Shown here: positions 1 to 12,096 of the stretch, piece by piece | Numbering within the stretch: the first letter of the stretch is position 1 | Layout: every line of letters begins with the position of its first letter | Assembly: GCF_963921235.1 (NCBI RefSeq) | Contig: NC_086101.1 | Span: 6,884,001 to 6,948,000, forward strand | From: Mobula hypostoma | Taxonomy: Eukaryota | Direction of reading: 5' to 3' | Length of the DNA stretch: 64,000 nucleotides | The notes under the pieces: generated by a model | Database searches by the model: none | What the model was told of the DNA's origin: nothing | What the model saw: only the letters and a program-made list of their open reading frames with translations | Program-made: the position numbers and the translations under genes

Positions 1-360
1 AGGGTAGCAGACACCAACAGAATCAACAAACTCATTCGTAAGTCCAGTGATGTTGTAGGGATGGAACTGGACTCTCTGGCGGTAGTGTCTGAAAAGAGGA
101 TGCTGTCCAAGTTGCATGCCATCTTGGACAATGTCTCCTATCCACTACCTAATGTACTGGGTGGGCACAGGAGTACATTCAGCCAGAGACTCATTCCTCC
201 GAGATGCAACACTGAGCGTCATAGGAAGTCATTCCTGTCTGTGGCCATCAAACTTTACAACACCTCCCTTGGAGGGTCAGACCCCCTGAGCCAATAGGCT
301 GGTCCTGGCCTTATTTCCTGGCATATTTTACATATTACTTTTTAACTATTTATGGTTTTA
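1..360 (+). mobile_element. Rex1/Babar-type LINE 3' end, inserted into the start of a B30.2 exon
   Basis: ORF 61-297 ends ...RCNTERHRKSFLSVAIKLYN, the typical Rex1/Babar RT C-terminus. A T-rich tail follows and directly abuts B30.2 coding sequence at about 364. Confidence 0.75.
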
Positions 361-363
361 TTA

Positions 364-863
364 CGGAGCTAGAGGCGTCTGAGGATCGGAAGAGTGTGAG
401 ATACACCGGGACCTGGAGGAATGCCCTTGACACCGGGAAGAGGTTCACATACTGGCCTTGTGTGCTGGGATCGGAGGGATTCACATCGGGGAGACATTAC
501 TGGCAGGTGGAGGTGACAGGGAACCGGCGCTGGGGTCTGGGAGTCGCCGCAGCGCCTGTGGAGAGGAAGGGAAAGTTCACAGTGAGTCCGAGGACCGGAT
601 TCTGGACCATCTGGCGGTTTAATGACGAGATGTAGGTTTACACCTCCCCTGAATCCCGTCTCCCTGCCGGTCCCATCCCCGGGAGGGTGGGAGTTTATCT
701 CAGTTACGAGTCCGGGACAGTTTCATTTTAGAACCCGGAGACCAAGTCCCATCTCCAAACCTTCACGGGGAATAAATTCACGGGGAAACCTTGTCCTTTG
801 TTATGGACTGTATATACAGACGAACAGCTGAGAATCTGCTCCGGTTCTGCTCTGGGTCTGTAA
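364..863 (+). pseudogene. TRIM-family B30.2 (PRY-SPRY) terminal exon, pseudogenised
   Basis: Translation ELEASEDRKSVRYTG...CVLGSEGFTSGRHYWQVEV...RVGVYLSYESGTVSF...LRICSGSALGL*. In-frame TAG at 633-635 (W in paralog) and 729-731 (Y in paralog). The exon start VSVTLDVETAH and its splice acceptor are displaced by the Rex insertion. Colinear with the exon at 51121-51653. Confidence 0.9.
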
Positions 864-1139
864 ATGGGTTGGGTCACGGGACCGGCGTCAGGAGTAAGTC
901 AGTGCAAATATAAATGTGCGGAGAGTGAAATAAACACCATGTGAGAATTATCGATCCATTAATTTTAATTCTTTCACTGCATCCGACAACGGAACAGAAA
1001 CGCCGCGGATTCAGCAGCAACCACGGGTGGCGGGACCTGAGCTCCCCGGCTCCCCCGGGTCCTAAAGTCCACCCGCACAAATACAGGGTAAGTGGGACAA
1101 GTGGTGGTTACCCACAAAGCACCGGTGTCCCCCAGAGGG

Positions 1140-1535
1140 TCAGGTAACATCTATGGAGGGAAATGGGCAGGTGATGGGCAGATCAAGGTGAGGGAGAGAT
1201 AGGCAGACGAAGGAGGGGTGGAGTGTGGAAATGTGTCAGATACTGGGAGGTGAGAGGTGTCAGTGACAAAGGGCTGAAGAATTTGGAATCTGACAGGAGG
1301 GGAAAGTGGAGCCTGGAGTAAAGGGAGGGACGTGGGGAGGAGTGTGTGGGTGATGGGCAGATGGAAAGAGTGGGGGGGGGAGGGGAAAGAGAGAGGGTGA
1401 TCGGGCTGGAAAATCAGGAGGAGAGAGACAATTAAAAAGGAAAAGTGACAGAGAGGGAGGGACCACCGAACGTTTGAGAATTCAATGCCGATGTCAATAG
1501 GTTGCAGGCTGCCCAGGCAGAACATGAGGAGCTGT
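1140..1535 (-). mobile_element. Old Penelope-like element 3' remnant
   Basis: The minus frame reads CLGSLQPIDIGIEFSN, matching the GIY-YIG C-terminus seen at about 48345-48400 and 63065-63100, followed by a pyrimidine-rich tail. A homologous copy lies at about 50400-50800 behind the other B30.2 exon. Confidence 0.6.
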
Positions 1536-1954
1536 TACGAGACAAATACTGTAGAGCCGAGATCGGTGTTCATTCCGTCCCTAGAAGTGGTTCTGTTCCT
1601 CGTCACAGAGACGTACACCAGGGGAACAGGCCCTTCAGCCGAGCAACTCCATCTCCACCACCGACCACCCATTTTACTCTCCCCATCGTCCCATCAATTC
1701 CCCTCAGGTATATTGGTGAGTTATCCAACAGTGGCCAGGGACAGACTCCCCACATCTTTGAGATGAGGGAGGCAGTCTGAGCCGGAAGTGTCAGGATAGA
1801 ACGTGGGGCAGTGACTCTACCAACTGCGCCATCGAGCCGATCACCCTCTCACCTACTGGCTGAACCTGAGGTGATCGGTGAGACAGACCCCATCCGAGCA
1901 ACAGAGTCTCGATTTCCAGCATATCTTGTCTTTATGATTCTAATTTAAATTATA

Positions 1955-2100
1955 AACACAGGAGATTCTGCAGAAGCTGGAAACCCAGAGCAAAATGCTG
2001 GAGGAATTCAGCAAGCAGGCAGTAGCTGTGGAGGAAATAAACAGTTGACGTTTTGGGGCCAAGAACTTTCATCAGGACTGGGAAGGGAGGGGCAAAAACT
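1955..2100 (-). mobile_element. Penelope-like terminal repeat with degenerate hammerhead motif
   Basis: Reverse complement of 2042-2080 reads CAGTC CTGATGA AAGTTCTTGGCCC CAAAAC GTC AACTG. Same repeat family as 3520-3615 and 62706-62809. Confidence 0.65.
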
Positions 2101-2204
2101 AATGTCCATTCTGCAGATCCTGTTCTCACAGTCAAAGGGTCAAACAGCACAGAAACAGGCCCTTCAGCCCAACTGGTCCATGCCAGCGGAGACGCCCAAT
2201 TAAA

Positions 2205-2950
2205 AAAACATAGGAAATCTACAGCACAATACAGGCCCTTCAACGCTCAGAGTTGTGCCGACATGTCCCTACCTTAGAAATTACTAGACTTACCCACAGC
2301 CCTCTATTTTTCTAAGCTCCATGCACCTATCCAAAAGTCTCTTAAAAGACCCTATCGTTTCCGCCTCCACCACTGTTGCCAGCAGCCCATTCCACGCACT
2401 CACCACCCTCTGCGTAAAAAACTTAACCCTGACACCTCCTCAGTACCTACTCCCCAGCTCCTTAAACCTGTTTCCTCTTGTGGCAACTATTTTAGCCCTG
2501 GGAAATACCCTCTGACTATCCACACGATCAATGCCTCTCATCATCTTATACACCTCTATCAGGTCACCTCTCATCCTCCGTCGCTCCAAGAAGAAAAGGC
2601 CGAGTTCACTCAGCCTGTTTTCATAAGGCATGCTCGCCAATCCAGGCAACATCCTTGTAAATCTCCTCTGCACTCTTTCTATGGCTTCCACGTCCTTCCT
2701 GTGGTGAGGCGACCAGAACTATGCACAGACTCCAAGTGGGTTCTGACCAGGGTCCTATATAGCTGCAACATTACCTCTCGGCTCCTAAATTCAATTCCAC
2801 GATTTATGAAGGCCAAAACACCATATGCCTTCTTAACCACAGAGTCAACCTGCGCAGCAGCTTTGAGTGTCCTATGGACTTGGACCTCAAGATCCCTCTG
2901 ATCCTCCACACTGCCAAGAGTCTTACCATTAATACTATATTCTGCCATCA
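2205..2950 (-). mobile_element. CR1 LINE 3' fragment
   Basis: ORFs 2679-2966 and 2440-2691 give a CR1 RT C-terminus (QRDL.V.VH...LYRTLVR.HLE; RRRMRGDLIEVYK; TRGN). Confidence 0.85.
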
Positions 2951-3040
2951 TAATGTATAGTCCCATTTGCCAGCATTGGTCCAGAACTATCTAAAACTTT
3001 CCTATCCAATAAAAATAGTTGATAGAGTGGAAAATAGAGT

Positions 3041-3125
3041 TGGCGCGTGGCCAGATGGTTAAGGCGTCGGTTTAGTGATCTGAAGGTCGCTAGTTCGAGC
3101 CTCAGCCGAGGCAGCGTGTTGTGTC
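3041..3125 (+). mobile_element. tRNA-derived SINE head, truncated
   Basis: A-box-like TGGCCAGATGG and B-box GTTCGAGCC. It continues GAGGCAGCGTGTTGTGTC, like the longer copy at 39612-39862. Confidence 0.65.
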
Positions 3126-3519
3126 AGGCAGCATTCATGGAGAGGAATAAACAGTCGATATTTTGGGCTGAGACCTTCGTCAGACTCAGGAAAGCCTTGT
3201 CACCTCATGCTGTCTTCTCACTTTGACCATCGGCCTGGAGGTACAGGAGCCTTAGACCCACACCACCAGGTCCAGGAACAGTTATGACCCAACAACCGTC
3301 AGCTCCTGAACCAGTGTGGATAACATCACTCACCTCAACACTGAACTGATTCCACAACGTAGAGCCTCACTTTCAAGAACTCAACAAATCATGTTCTCAG
3401 TATTTTTAATTATTTATTTGTGAATTATTTGCACCATATGTCTTCTCTTGCACATTGATTGTTTGTCACTCTTTGTTTATGTGGAGTTCTTTATTAATTC
3501 TACTGCATTTATTTTCCAG

Positions 3520-3615
3520 TAACACGCAAAACACGCTGGAGGAACTCAGCAAGTCAGGCAGCATCCGTGGAAACAATCAGTCAACTTTTCGGGTCGAGAC
3601 CCTTCGTCAGGACTC
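3520..3615 (-). mobile_element. Penelope-like terminal repeat with hammerhead motif
   Basis: Reverse complement of 3578-3615 reads GAGTC CTGACGA A GGGTC TC GACCC GAAA AGTT GACTG. Confidence 0.7.
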
Positions 3616-3764
3616 ATGATAATCAGTCTGAATCTGAAAACTAGATTAGTGAACAGTGGAAATTCTCAACAGCTCAGAGCATGTGGGGAGAGAAACAGTA
3701 AGAAGCTGAAGAATACTTCAGAAGTCTAAAACTACAAAGAAAAACAGAAAGATCAGACTAATAA

Positions 3765-3990
3765 TCACGGTTGTGTTGCAGCTCGGGGCATCAGAGTTCA
3801 GAGTTCAGAGTTCTATTCCGATGTTGTCTTTAAGAAGTTTGTCCGTCCATTCTGTGAGTGTGTGGGTTTCCTCCAGGTGCTCCCGTTTCCTCCCACATTC
3901 CAAAAATGTACCAGTTCATACATGAGGCTTTGTAAATCGTTCAGGGTTAAGATGGAGGGTTGCTGTGTTGCGCAGCTTGTTGGGCCAGAA
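3765..3990 (+). mobile_element. V-SINE/HE1-like SINE
   Basis: Contains the V-domain-like GGGTTTCCTCCAGGTGCTCCCGTTTCCTCCCACATTCCAAA. Related minus-strand copies lie at about 9045-9280 and 15770-15900. Confidence 0.6.
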
Positions 3991-4435
3991 CCGCCTGTTC
4001 TGTGCTGTATCTAGAAATAGTCAGAAAAAAATTAAGAATTCTGATTCTGATCTGAGAGACGGTAAGAATTGTCGGCGCATCAGGACTCAGTTGGCATGGG
4101 TGAGGGGGGCCCAAGGAACTGTTTCCCTGCTCTCTCAACTTCAGAGCTCTACTTTTTTTTTAATGGCGCTTGCTGGTGCATCAGGAAGAAGTATCCGGGC
4201 CAGCTGTGTTTATGCTGACTGCTAAAATTAGTCGGCCAATAAATAACATTGCAACGTGAGATGTGTAATATGAAGAGGATATAACCAATTCATCACCGAT
4301 CACTGTCCAAGAACAGTTACAGTGACTGACCACAGCTATTTCCTGACTCACAATCTCGCAGGCAATCCTATTGGTCCGACGCCAAACCAAACCCCGCCCC
4401 AACCCACGCTGTCCGACAGCGAACCCCGCACTCAC

Positions 4436-4545
4436 AAGCACCAGCGCATGTGACAGGGCAAGAGTTGCACTGGAAACGGGATCTGGCTTCTGAAAGAGCC
4501 ACAAGGAAGTTGTAGCTCGCTGCTTACAAGCGAGAACACCTCGTC
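4436..4545 (-). other. Candidate exon of an unknown minus-strand spliced transcript
   Basis: Acceptor cttcagttttacacAG and donor GTGAGT. Open frame RGVLACKQRATTSLWLFQKPDPVSSATLALSHALVL, phase 1 to 0. Lies in non-repeat sequence. Confidence 0.3.
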
Positions 4546-4714
4546 CTGTGTAAAACTGAAGTCCTACCAGGGCGTTTTGTTTGAGAACTGTTTCGTTATT
4601 GCTCAGGAACTTTTTCCTGGTATCAGTGACAGATGATGGACTGATTGCACAATCAACATTGCCTTGTGTTTAATGACTAACTCCGGAGTTCAATGCTAAC
4701 ACAATGCACATCCT

Positions 4715-7040
4715 AAACACGAGAGATCCTGCAGATACAGGAAATCCAGAGCAATACACACAAATGCCGGAGCAACTCAGCAGATCAGGCAGAATTTACA
4801 GAGTGGAATAAACAATCGACATTTTAGGCTGAGACACTTCATCAGGACCGGAAAGGAAGCGGGCATGAGCCAGGATAACTTACTTTTCCATTCCTCATTC
4901 TGGTTACACTCTCAGCCCTTCTCTTCTCCTCACCTGCCCATCATCTCCCTCTGGTGCCCCCTTCTCCTCCCTGTCTTCATGGACCAGTGTCCTCTCTGAA
5001 CAGATTCCTTCTTTTTCAGCCCTTTACGTCTTCCACCTTTCATAGAAACATAGAAACATAGAAAATAGGTGCAGGAGTAGGCCATTCGGCCCTTCAAGCC
5101 TGCACCGCCATTTATTATGATCATGGCTGATCATCCAACTCAGAACCCAGCCTTCCCTCCATACCCCCTGACCCCTGTAGCCACAAGGGCCATATCTAAC
5201 TTCCTTTTAAACATAGCTAATGAACTGGCCTCAACAGTTTGCTGTGGCAGAGAATTCCACAGATTCACCACTCTCTGTGTGAAGAAGTTTTTCCTAATCT
5301 CGGTCCTAAAAGGCTTCCCCTCTATCCTCAAACTGTGACCCCTCGTTCTGGACCTCCCCAACATCGGGAACAATCTTCCCGCATCTAGCCTGTCCAATCC
5401 CTTTAGGATCTTATACGTTTCAATCAGATCCCCCCTCAATCTTCTAAATTCCAACGAGTACAAGCCCAGTTCATCCAGTCTTTCTTCATATGAAAGACCT
5501 GCCATCCCAGGAATCAATCTGGTGAACCTTCTTTGTACTCCCTCTATGGCAAAGATGTCTTTCCTCAGATTAGGGGACCAAAACTGCACACAATACTCCA
5601 GGTGTGGTCTCACCAAGGCCTTGTACAACTGCAGTAGTACCTCCCTGCTCCTGTACTCGAATCCTCTCGCTATAAATGCCAGCATACCGTTCGCCTTTTT
5701 CACCGCCTGCTGTACCTGCATGCACACTTTCAATGACTGGTGTATAATGACACCCAGGTCTCGTTGCACCTCCCCTTTTCCTAATCGGCCACCATTCAGA
5801 TAATAATCTGTTTTCCTATTTTTGCCACCAAAGTGGATAACTTCACATTTATCCACATTAAATTGCATCTGCCATGAGTTTGCCCACTCACCCAACCTAT
5901 CCAAGTCACCCTGCATCGTCTTAGCATCCTCCTCACTGCTAACACTGCCACCCAGCTTCGTGTCATCCGCAAACTTGGAGATGCTGCATTTAATTCCCTC
6001 ATCCAAGTCATTAATATATATTGTAAACAACTGGGGTCCTAGCACTGAGCCTTGCGGTACCCCACTAGTCACCACCTGCCATTCTGAAAAGGTCCCGTTT
6101 ATTCCCACTCTTTGCTTCCTGTCTGCTAACCAATTCTCCACCCACACCAATACCTTACCCCCAATACCGTGTGCTTTAAGTTTGCACACTAATCTCCTGT
6201 CTGGGACCTTGTCAAAAGCCTTTTGAAAATCCAAATATACCACATCCACTGGTTCTCCCCTATCCACTCTACTAGTTACATCCTCAAAAAATTCTATGAG
6301 ATTCGTCAGACATGATTTTCCTTTCACAAATCCATGCTGACTTTGTCCAATCATTTCACCGCTTTCCAAATGTGCTGTTATCACATCCTTGATAACTGAC
6401 TCCAGCAGTTTCCACACCACCGACGTTAGGCTAACCGGCCTATAATTCCCCGGTTTCTCTCTCCCTCCTTTTTTAAAAAGTGGGGTTACATTAGCCACCC
6501 TCCAATCCTCAGGAACTAGTCCAGAATCTAACGAGTTTTGAAAAATTATCACTAATGCATCCACTATTTCTTGGGCTACTTCCTTAAGCACTCTGGGATG
6601 CAGACCATCTGGCCCTGGGGATTTATCTGCCTTCAACCCCTTCAATTTACCTAACACCACTTCCCTACTAACATGTATTTCGCTCAGTTCCTCCATCTCA
6701 CTGGACCCTCTGTCCCTTACTATTTCTGGAAGATTATTTATGTCCTCCTTAGTGAAGACAGAACCAAAGTAATTATTCAATTGGTCTGCCATGTGCTTGC
6801 TCCCCATAATCAATTCACCTGTTTCTGTTCGCAGGGGACCTACATTTGTCTTTATCAGTCTTTTCCTTTTTACATATCTATAAAAGCTTTCACCCCACAA
6901 CTTATTCCATCAACCAACGCCCCCACCTCCCCAGTCCACCCACCCTCCTACTCACCTGAACTCACCTGTCACACTTTCTCCACACCCTCAGATTCTGCCT
7001 TCGCATTCTTATTCTGGCTTCTTCCCACTTCCTTTCCAGG
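4715..7040. mobile_element. Penelope-like remnant with inverted repeat, split by a CR1
   Basis: 4715-4878 is the terminal repeat in minus orientation. 4879-5040 plus 6891-7040 form the plus-orientation pyrimidine-rich tail. 4850-4878 is roughly the reverse complement of 7010-7039. Confidence 0.55.
5041..6890 (-). mobile_element. Young 5'-truncated CR1 LINE with uninterrupted RT ORF
   Basis: 586-aa ORF 5140-6900 with YRPVSLTS, YLDFQKAFDKV, GVPQGSVLGP and KFADD. The 3' tail is (TTTCTATG)n at 5041-5066. CTTTCA occurs at both junctions. Confidence 0.95.
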
Positions 7041-7233
7041 GGACCTCAAGGGACAGAAGGCAAGGCAGGAATGATGTAAATGTAACGTGGAAGGGGCTTC
7101 CCGAATGCCATCGTTCGGTGTGTGAAAGGGAAAATGTAGCACTTCTGCATTTTCCATCTTCAAGTTGCAAGGTTTCCTCTGGCTGTCACACGGAATGAAT
7201 AATGCTACTTTCTGTATGAGCAGAAACACCTAC

Positions 7234-7375
7234 CTCCACTCAGATCCCACCAGATCGGCATCTTTACTGAGTTTCCGAAACCTCGTGTCAGGACGGAAAC
7301 CAATCCAGACGAGTGATGTTTTAACCATTTATGGTGAGTGCACTTTCCAGGCAGGCAACCAATTAACATTTCAAG
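7234..7375 (-). other. Candidate exon of an unknown minus-strand spliced transcript
   Basis: Long polypyrimidine tract plus cAG acceptor, and an AG|GTAGGT donor. Only one frame is open (LEMLIGCLPGK...KMPIWWDLSG), phase 0 to 1. Confidence 0.35.
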
Positions 7376-7484
7376 CTGAAGGACCGACAACAGAGATGAG
7401 AAGAAGAGAATCTTTTCAGTCTCGGCGGCAGAGAAGAAAAGGAATTCAAGATTCAAGATTGTAGTTTATTTGTCATCTGCACAT

Positions 7485-8020
7485 CAAAACAGTCTCCTTA
7501 AGGTTGTCATTGCCAGGGGTGGGTGCAATGGTAAGCATCCACTACCTACCAATGGTTGTCAAATATCCTCTGACAACCAAGTCAAGCTCCCTGCCTTCGC
7601 TACTAATCCCATGGAGCCACTTCTACTGACAGGAGAAGGGGCAAAGACGGGTTACTGCTGCCCTAAATTAGTCGGTTTGGGAAAATGGGGCTCCTCAGCC
7701 ATGGTTGGAGGTGCACATGGGAGAAGGAAAACTCTGATCTGAAACCTCCGCTGCCTTGAGGCTACACCTACTCACAGAGAAGGCTTTGGGAGTAAACCTC
7801 GAGGACAAATCTGGAGATGATGTCCCAAAGACAGGCCTGCGCTGAGCTCACTGCGAACTGGCAACTCCCGCAACACTGCTGGTGCCAACCTGTATTGGTC
7901 TCTGCTGTAGTCTTGAATCGATCAGCGGCGGAGCCTGATACAGAGGCATCATTGTGCTCTCCATATTGTGTTGCCCTGCCTTGCGTATACCCTTTAGATA
8001 GCCAGCTCACAACATTCATG
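7485..8020 (+). mobile_element. Probable RTE-clade LINE 5' region or derived repeat
   Basis: The motif GGAGAAGGAAAACTCTGATCTGAAACCTCCGCTGCC resembles RTE 5' UTRs as I recall them. No protein support. Confidence 0.3.
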
Positions 8021-9044
8021 GTAGATCCCGAACAACGGGGACTCTCCTACACCAAAGCATACGGTGAAATGCATCCTTTGCATTAACTACCAGCGCACCC
8101 AAGGGTGTGCTGGGGGCAGGTGTCGCCACACATACCAGTGCCAACACAGCATGCCCACAATGCCCGGCAGAGCAACACGGAACACAACAAGCAACAAAAC
8201 AACAGCAAGAAGAAGCCTCATTCCTCCCTCGTACAAATACAGTGTTTAACCGCAACACAGACCTCCAGCTCCAGCCCAGTGGACACGGGATGTCTGTGAT
8301 GTGAAAAGCTAGACAATTTTCTCTAGTTTAGTTCAATATCAAGAGCAGCAAGGTACTAGTACAGTGAAAACTCCCTCGCAGCAGCATCACAGACACATAA
8401 CCGGAGATAGTATAAATGATGCACCTTTTCTGTGAAACTACTGAAGGTGTTATATTCCTGACAATCAGCAGGCCAAAGTCTTATTTATCAGTCTGGTTTG
8501 CATTTCTATCTGACCGTCTCTTTTCATGCGAAACATCATCATTATTTGTCATTTATCTGCCCAAAAGAAATGAATGCAAAAAAGTGAGATATTTCCTTCA
8601 GTTATGTAGGCCATTGGTTAGACCACATCTTGAAGTGCTGCACACAGGGTTTGCTTACTGTCTTTCAAATTTCCAGCATCTGCACACAGGTCCTGAGCCC
8701 AGCAATTCCACACCGACCATCAAGCACCAACTAATCCCATGTCGTGCTTCCCACACTCCATCAGACAGCAAGATACAGGGGCCGAATTAGACTATTTGGC
8801 CCATCGAGTTTGTTCCACCACTCAATTCTGGCTGATTTTGGCTTCCCTCGTTTCCCCATTCTCCGTTGCCCTTAACCACCCCTCATCAATCAAAAACCTA
8901 CCTTGATCTCTTTTCTGCTCTCTCTTTTCATTTTAATTTAATTTAATTTTCTGTGTACATTTCTTCTTGAAATTTATATATGTGTATATGTGTTACTCTG
9001 TACTGCTACTGAAAAACAACTTATATCAGTGATATTAATTTTAT

Positions 9045-9280
9045 TTTTTTATTTTATTTGGAGATACAGCACATAACACACCCTTCCAGCCCAACAAGCT
9101 CCACTGCCCAGCAACCCAGCTACCTAACCCCGGCCTAATCACTGGACAATTTACAATGACAATTAACCAACTTAACTGGTAGATCCCTACACTGTGGGAG
9201 GAAACGGGATCACCCTGAGGAAACCCACACACACACACAGGAAGGAATGCACAAATTTGTTTACAGAGAACGTCAGCATT
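9045..9280 (-). mobile_element. V-SINE/HE1-like SINE
   Basis: The reverse complement contains GTGGGTTTCCTCAGGGTGATCCCGTTTCCTCCCACAG and ends in an A-rich tail (T-rich at 9040-9060 on the + strand). Confidence 0.6.
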
Positions 9281-9499
9281 GGACTCCAAACTCTGACTTG
9301 GCCTCCACAGCCCTCTGAGGCAATAAATTTCACAAATTCACCACAATCAGTCTGAAAAAAAATTTCTTCCCCATCTTCAGTCCAGAAATACATCCCTTTA
9401 TTCTGTGACTGTGCCCTTGAGTACTCGACTGTCTTCCTCATAAAAGCATCGAGTCATAGAGCACGACAATGTGGGACTGCGACCAATCAATCAGCAGGA

Positions 9500-10068
9500 A
9501 TGCATTAAGAGAGCCACGCGTACATATATTTGTACCGTGGAGAACATTTTGACCGGCGTCATCACTGTCTGGTATGGAGGGACTACTGCACAGGACCGAA
9601 AGAAGCTGCAGAAGGTTGTAAATCTAGTCAGCTCCATCTTGGGTACTAGCCTACAAAGTACCCAGGACACCTTTAGGGAGTGGTGTCTCAGAAAGGCAGC
9701 GTCCATTATTAAGGACCTCCAGCACCCAGGGCATGCCCTTTTCTCACTGTTACCATCAGGTAGGAGATACAGAATCCTGAAGGCACACATTCAACGATTT
9801 AGTAACAGTTTCTTCCCCTCTGCCATCCGATTCCTCAGTGGACATTGAAGCTTTGGACACTACCTCACTTTTTTAATATACAGTATTTCAGTTTTCGCAC
9901 ATGTTAAAAAATCTGTTGAATATACATAATTGAATTACTTGTTTATTTATTATTATGTTTTATTTCTCTCACTCTCTTTCAGCTAAATTATGTATTGCAT
10001 TGAACTGCTGCTGCTAAGTTAACAAATTTCACATCACATGCTGGTGATAATAAACTTGATTCTGATAT
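9500..10068 (+). mobile_element. Rex1/Babar LINE 3' fragment
   Basis: ORF 9471-9848 reads TVENILTGVITVWYG...HPGHALFSLLPSGRRYR...NSFFPSAIRFL. The tail is AATAAACTTGATTCTGA. Confidence 0.85.
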
Positions 10069-10079
10069 TCAACCAGGTC

Positions 10080-12035
10080 CGCAATCGAGATTTAAAAGGC
10101 AGAACTTTGTGGCAGTTTCTCAGCGTTGGACTGCGACCAACCACCAAGTGGGATTCATTCCAAAAAGCAAATACAAATAGCACAATTGCAAGCCCAGCTG
10201 CCATTCCTTTCATTGTGCAGGTGTTTAGAGTGACTTTGGCTCGTTTGGCTTCAGCGAGATCAGGCTTGCGTGAAGTAAACTATCTGCTAAGTTTCCATTT
10301 TTGTTCCTCGACTGTTTGGGCATAATACTGTAGTGAGAATGACTCCAGAGTACTGCAGTTTTGAACTGAGTGTGAGATGTGGGAAATCTGGGAGACCTCC
10401 AGTCTGCTGGATAACCACATCGGCACCAGGTGCACCGAGCTGCAGCTCCTCACGGAACGCACTAAGGAACTGGAGCTGCAGCTCGATGACCTTCGACTCA
10501 TACAGGAGGATGAGGAGGGGATAGACAGGAGCTACAGGGAAGTAGTCACCTCCTGGTTACAGAAGACAGGTAACTGGGTGACTGTCAGGACAACGAGGGG
10601 AAAATCGATCAGCCATGATAAAATAGTGGAGCAAACTCCATGGGCCAAATGGCGTAATTTTGCTACTATATCTTGCAGTCTCACGACAGCACAGCAACAG
10701 AAATAGGCCCTCTGTCTATATATTTTGTGATGAACGATTATTCTGAAAGACATAAGGGTATATAAGTCACCCAGATCAGAGGAACTGCCCCCTGGGGGTC
10801 TGAAAGAGTTTGCTGTACAAATCGTGGAGTCATCAACAATGATTGTTCAAAAATTATTGGACTCCAGCATGGTGCTAGAGGACTGGAAATTTGCAAATAT
10901 CACACCACCCTTTAAGAAAGAAGGAAGGTAGCAGAAAGGAAATTATAGACCGGGTAGCCTGACCTCACTGCCTGGGAAGATGATGGAGTCAATTTTTAAG
11001 GATGAAGTTATGGAGTACTTGATGACACCGGACTAGATTGGAGAAAGTCAGAATGGTTCCCTTAAGGGAAAATTGTACCTGACCAACCAGTTAGAATTCT
11101 TTGAGGAGATTACAAGTAGGATAGATGATGGAATAGGTGGCTTTGTTGCCAAGACTGCAGATGATCTGAAGACTGGTGGAGGGGCAGGTAGTGTTGAGAA
11201 AACAGGCAGGCTGCAGAAGGACTAAGACAGTTTAGGGAAATGGACAAGAACATACCAAAATACAATGAAATACAATGTTCAAAAATGCATGGTCATGCAC
11301 TTTGGTAGTAGAAATAAATGTGCAGACTATTTTGTAAACGGGGCAAAATCCAAAAATTCTGAGACGCAAAGGAACTGGAGTCCTTCTACAGAACATGCTA
11401 AATGTTAACTTGCAGGTTGAGTCGGTGATGGAAAGCACATTCAGGAATACAAGAGCAGGGATGTGATGCTGAGGCTTTATAAGGCACTGGTGAGACCTCA
11501 CCTTGAGCATTGTCAACAATTTTGGGCTTCCCATCTGAGAAAGGATGTGCTGGCATTGGAGAGGGACCAGAGGAGGTTCACAAGGATGATTCCAGGAATG
11601 ATACGAGGAACGTTTGATGACTCTGGGTCTGTACTCACAGGAATTCAGAAAAATGAGAGGAGATCTCATTGAAACCTTTTGAATATTGAAAGGCGTAGAC
11701 AGAGTCGATGTGGAAAGGATGTTTCCCATGGACAGAGAGTCCAGGAAAAGAGAGCACACCCTCAGAATAGAGGCGTGTCCATTTAAAACATGCAGAGAAA
11801 CTTCTTTAACCAGAGGGTGGTGAATTTGTGGAATTTTTTTACCACAGGCCGCTGTGGAGGCCAGGCCGTTGGGTGTATTTAAGGCAGAGTTGATAGGTTC
11901 TTTGTTGGACACAAAATCAAAGGTTACAGGGAGTGGGGCTGAGGAGGGGAATAAAGGATCAACCATGATTGAATGGGAGTGGAGACTTGATGGGCCAAAT
12001 AGCCTAATTCTGCTCCTATGTCTTATGGTCTTATG
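10080..12035 (+). mobile_element. Degenerate, internally deleted CR1 LINE (ORF1 N-terminus plus RT pieces)
   Basis: ORF 10377-10706 reads MWEIWETSSLLDNHIGTRCTELQLL...LELQLDDLR (CR1 ORF1 zinc finger/coiled coil). RT remnant LYKALVRPHLE. Tail TCTTATGGTCTTATG. Confidence 0.8.
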
Positions 12036-12096
12036 CTTAGTCGCAGCAACCTGCACCTGGACCATAGCCCCCCATACCCCGCATCCAGGTACTTAC

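Noticed and set aside
3041..3125. tRNA gene
   Set aside because: No convincing cloverleaf. It continues into SINE body sequence shared with 39612-39862. The same reasoning applies to 58776-58850.
5522..6226. Recurring antisense ORFs (also 20773-21510 and 37674-38378)
   Set aside because: They are shadow frames of near-identical CR1 copies, so their recurrence reflects copy identity rather than selection.
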